Source of the DNA: a virus
Lineage: Duplodnaviria > Caudoviricetes
Reading direction: 5' to 3' (one strand)
IMG/VR virus record: IMGVR_UViG_3300023181_000035
Location: 1 to 54,693 of that record
DNA: 54,693 nucleotides
In this document: positions 54,201-54,693 of the stretch, piece after piece
How positions within the stretch are numbered: position 1 is the first letter of the stretch
Layout of the letters: the number at the start of each line of letters is the position of its first letter
Notes under the pieces: generated by a model
Told to the model about the DNA's origin: nothing
Database searches by the model: none
The model's input: only the letters and a program-made list of their open reading frames with translations
Position numbers and translations under genes: made by a program

Positions 54201-54600
54201 ATCCTTGGCCAAAATCCCCTATAGTTTTATTTCTGTCACTTTCTGTACCTATTTGAGTGGCATCAAAGTCTTCAAAATCTCTTTTTGTGCCATGATAAAC
54301 CACGTCTTTTAATTGACTTTGAGGAAATATCTGAGATAAATATTCTTGATATTGTTCAGCCGTACCTATATTAGATAAATCTTGGTTTTGATTATAAATA
54401 GAAGAAACTCTGGGTGTAATTTCTTTTACTGTTTTATCTATTTTCGGCGAATAAATGTTTTTGTATATTTCTAACGCTTTTTCAGTAGTCTCAACAAATG
54501 GATTTGAAGCAACACTTATAAAAAGTCTACTTTCATTTCCATTTTGATCTAATACTTTTGTTATTATTCCCTCCGAATTTCTATCAACTTTACAAGCCAT
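48292..54600 (-). CDS. Very large (2102 aa) putative internal virion/ejection protein with N-terminal ADP-ribosyltransferase-like domain
   Basis: VYHGT...FEDFD, GQGFYFT, GYDGVIV, DEIVV (H-Y-E ART-like); degenerate zincin-like EETIH; long helical body and hydrophobic C-terminal segments. Confidence 0.65.
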   Translation of the reverse strand: MACKVDRNSEGIITKVLDQNGNESRLFISVASNPFVETTEKALEIYKNIYSPKIDKTVKEITPRVSSIYNQNQDLSNIGTAEQYQEYLSQIFPQSQLKDVVYHGTKRDFEDFDATQIGTESDRNKTIGDFGQGFYFTDNFFKAEGYSINMDTGKKGAVKNVILNITNPLYRNSKTIIAPKTSEELENEGYDGVIVSYTTNNNMDEIVVPNSDQIHVLGSAKDIQQFQYFVSNPSINESGIQFVHEVNGNQFSSLKSALKEAVDGQKIELGFTSNNEFTSVMSVTKNVDKSSVNGFTQASILEGTMAETRVKIGNEYLLQSEGSSEMKKNVSLDLLANSAMTNLGSLGIEVSGTTVRLNENLGKTAVYTKSGERQIIDAQELDELSIDELKARYENYEEIFAEREYKRNVPLYRETSEEEQPETVKTEDEVKLSLYKLLKNMGVTVTSITNYTEKFQIRNSVPIQAEALADIAQRVIAFQTGAETLENLTEETIHFIVEALPQERLENVLRNIDKSEEYKEFAQTYREVYSREYNAEETEMAVRKEVLGKIALNAVQQSAPVSETTQNFFNSAIQFIQQFFQDIASYFKPQYISDLNGIITDIQDILNTGDISGLQLDNLDNNRKRFYSLDTSTNAKRIAEETKKQIDILSRENDDLSRNQQGSQFNKNRLLAVQKELDDKLEVHAVATVARIADNNVNRLFAAIKDSQDKGKNYDLSQEEVMIFKNLIGETTDTLGVIKKLIEDDTTLNKLTVWQTLSKSIGDSIQNISNLKAQRDVTQQQSIEKQINAVTIDRGLSAREKEAMMRWTVSAENDISWIGSTFGTLESSPDALMSLFATVKTGMISEGSRADHNQIKNWQKVIYDNGFDEKVISTFVKDGYFLSERDIAGYQKQLDENFLQEYKKVFTDTKLKDEEILNKRSKGTLEWSDEQKDSIYEATRKLNENESERRMKDEYYAELEQKFVNLNISKNTQNILRGLNADKRRITERARDANGKIDLTLLSGQDIQQLNTLNLERKQLKSFVDELGNLKEGLKYSQNEEGKTIIEAIGDIDQLPAPSRQALDLNKLDNSYDNTTPEGSSQLPQSFIDLILSKDNRQTQIQALELNSQIGFSSDFWDSFGNNKGLVDKLEDIGGNEDLIEDIKANSFRLKNIIKVYTKSSNPSETDVENMPELARQTVRDIQENLEELYAEARELTADITSEDIENLVEGVSGVNESWNKRLLDLGLDTTDTAGVELEILTNKIVEEAKANMTAKNRKTTQQMQDSIESYINGFRETLPKSVMRKLEEQNLSKEDLLEPTTKNQFVRSFAESRLLPYYRRYTPQGYVEFQSDLNSDKPVSEILNNLEQGQYQYVEVKPNYSFQDEDTSQINSDYIVNSGMGSQQPNATKYENSEFKTLFGIVTRDNEGNYVSATKNEKLFEVYKATIKLRKDQIALMDGDSSYNIYLTPQIRKQGIERYLGGLKSLSGQSIKDAFENITTYTEDDQIQGDNRLGTANKSIPKPFYARLENQTDITEDIFHGLAMTNKAANIYASRVKYFGDAMAIIDKASTRTNADGKIGTTTNRFKALDSSMDNDFFGIKQASTATIDVPFVGKIDGGKVINGLGSFLRFKGLGGSVIVPATAYLTAKSKQTVERIVGQYINNDSFKRGSAIYHDQVGKAMMEINHVRTKSKLNSLGQYYGAFELENSLYGAKFGALPRFLSKSSMMLYQATNYPLYGKGMLTVLNDFRIVNGKVVKFTDFQRNQRIENLKITNAEIKEKWSNENDVIYNFQDVTDDGIVSFNREKLKALLRDTNGNEYSDEELDREINRFTGDLRIQIKNINVRIDQQISSEDKTAAHRHFLLNFLMMFKGYMIVTFTERFKAEGFNTQSRQYEGGSYSGIYRLFGDVVKEWKQNGNNFIEAFKNQYNGNFTEQDQRITELEAINNRTPEENQELQDLKEEVVSGIEKSEFRKSSIKRLGVDLLFINTVMLISMLLRGLADDDPERKNWSLQMANLLTYRLVGELHAANTGIANNYWQTVKQPLQAFDQILSLNKLLEENSFKEGKVLSSVGKIAPFSNSLNQLADPGKAFHSKVFYQEVQSNDFWSIPMWQFMNKDSN

Positions 54601-54626
54601 AATTTATTTTTAGTTTTTTATTTGTG

Positions 54627-54634
54627 CAAATATA
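54627..54634 (-). promoter_or_regulatory. -7 promoter box upstream of the large gene
   Basis: Minus strand TATATTTG 26 nt upstream of the ATG; -33 box unclear. Confidence 0.45.
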
Positions 54635-54693
54635 CACTTTTTATTTAGAACAATCTTCATTTTCATCAAAATTATTTTGCTCTGCTTTAGTTA

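Noticed and set aside
127-54451. CG-core motif as a CRISPR repeat or REP/MITE element
   Set aside because: Too short and degenerate, irregularly spaced and often inside coding sequence; no array, spacers or cas operon.
1-54693. Stop-codon reassignment as seen in some crAss-like phages
   Set aside because: Long genes (polB, nrdA, the 2102-aa ORF) are intact in the standard code, and TAA, TAG and TGA all end genes with tight downstream starts.

Overview
AT-rich (roughly 30% GC by eye) segment of a large Bacteroidota phage, probably infecting Flavobacteriaceae and possibly crAss-like; this host and taxon call is inference. Positions 1-41379 are a + strand block of many small early-type ORFs plus replication and nucleotide genes: two C5-methyltransferase-like genes, PolB-type exonuclease, PD-(D/E)XK nuclease, nrdB/nrdA, MazG, DnaB-like helicase, family-B DNA polymerase, VirE-N-type primase and a metallophosphoesterase. 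Positions 41402-54600 are a convergent - strand block that includes a 2102-aa putative virion protein with an ADP-ribosyltransferase-like domain. About 16 Bacteroidota-type promoters (TTTG-N19/20-TAnnTTTG) are visible. Three things stand out. (1) A compact diversity-generating retroelement: RT, a 55-nt template repeat and two flanking small paralogous target genes whose variable repeats differ from the TR only at adenines, with no Avd gene nearby. (2) Three different free-standing endonuclease genes each carry a promoter-driven two-hairpin leader with perfectly complementary loops (kissing loop) and unrelated or only partly similar primary sequence. (3) A dispersed quasi-palindromic T-tract/CG-core/A-tract motif recurs about once per 1-1.5 kb. 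No tRNA, rRNA or CRISPR array was seen. All calls come from reading motifs by eye; no searches were run.
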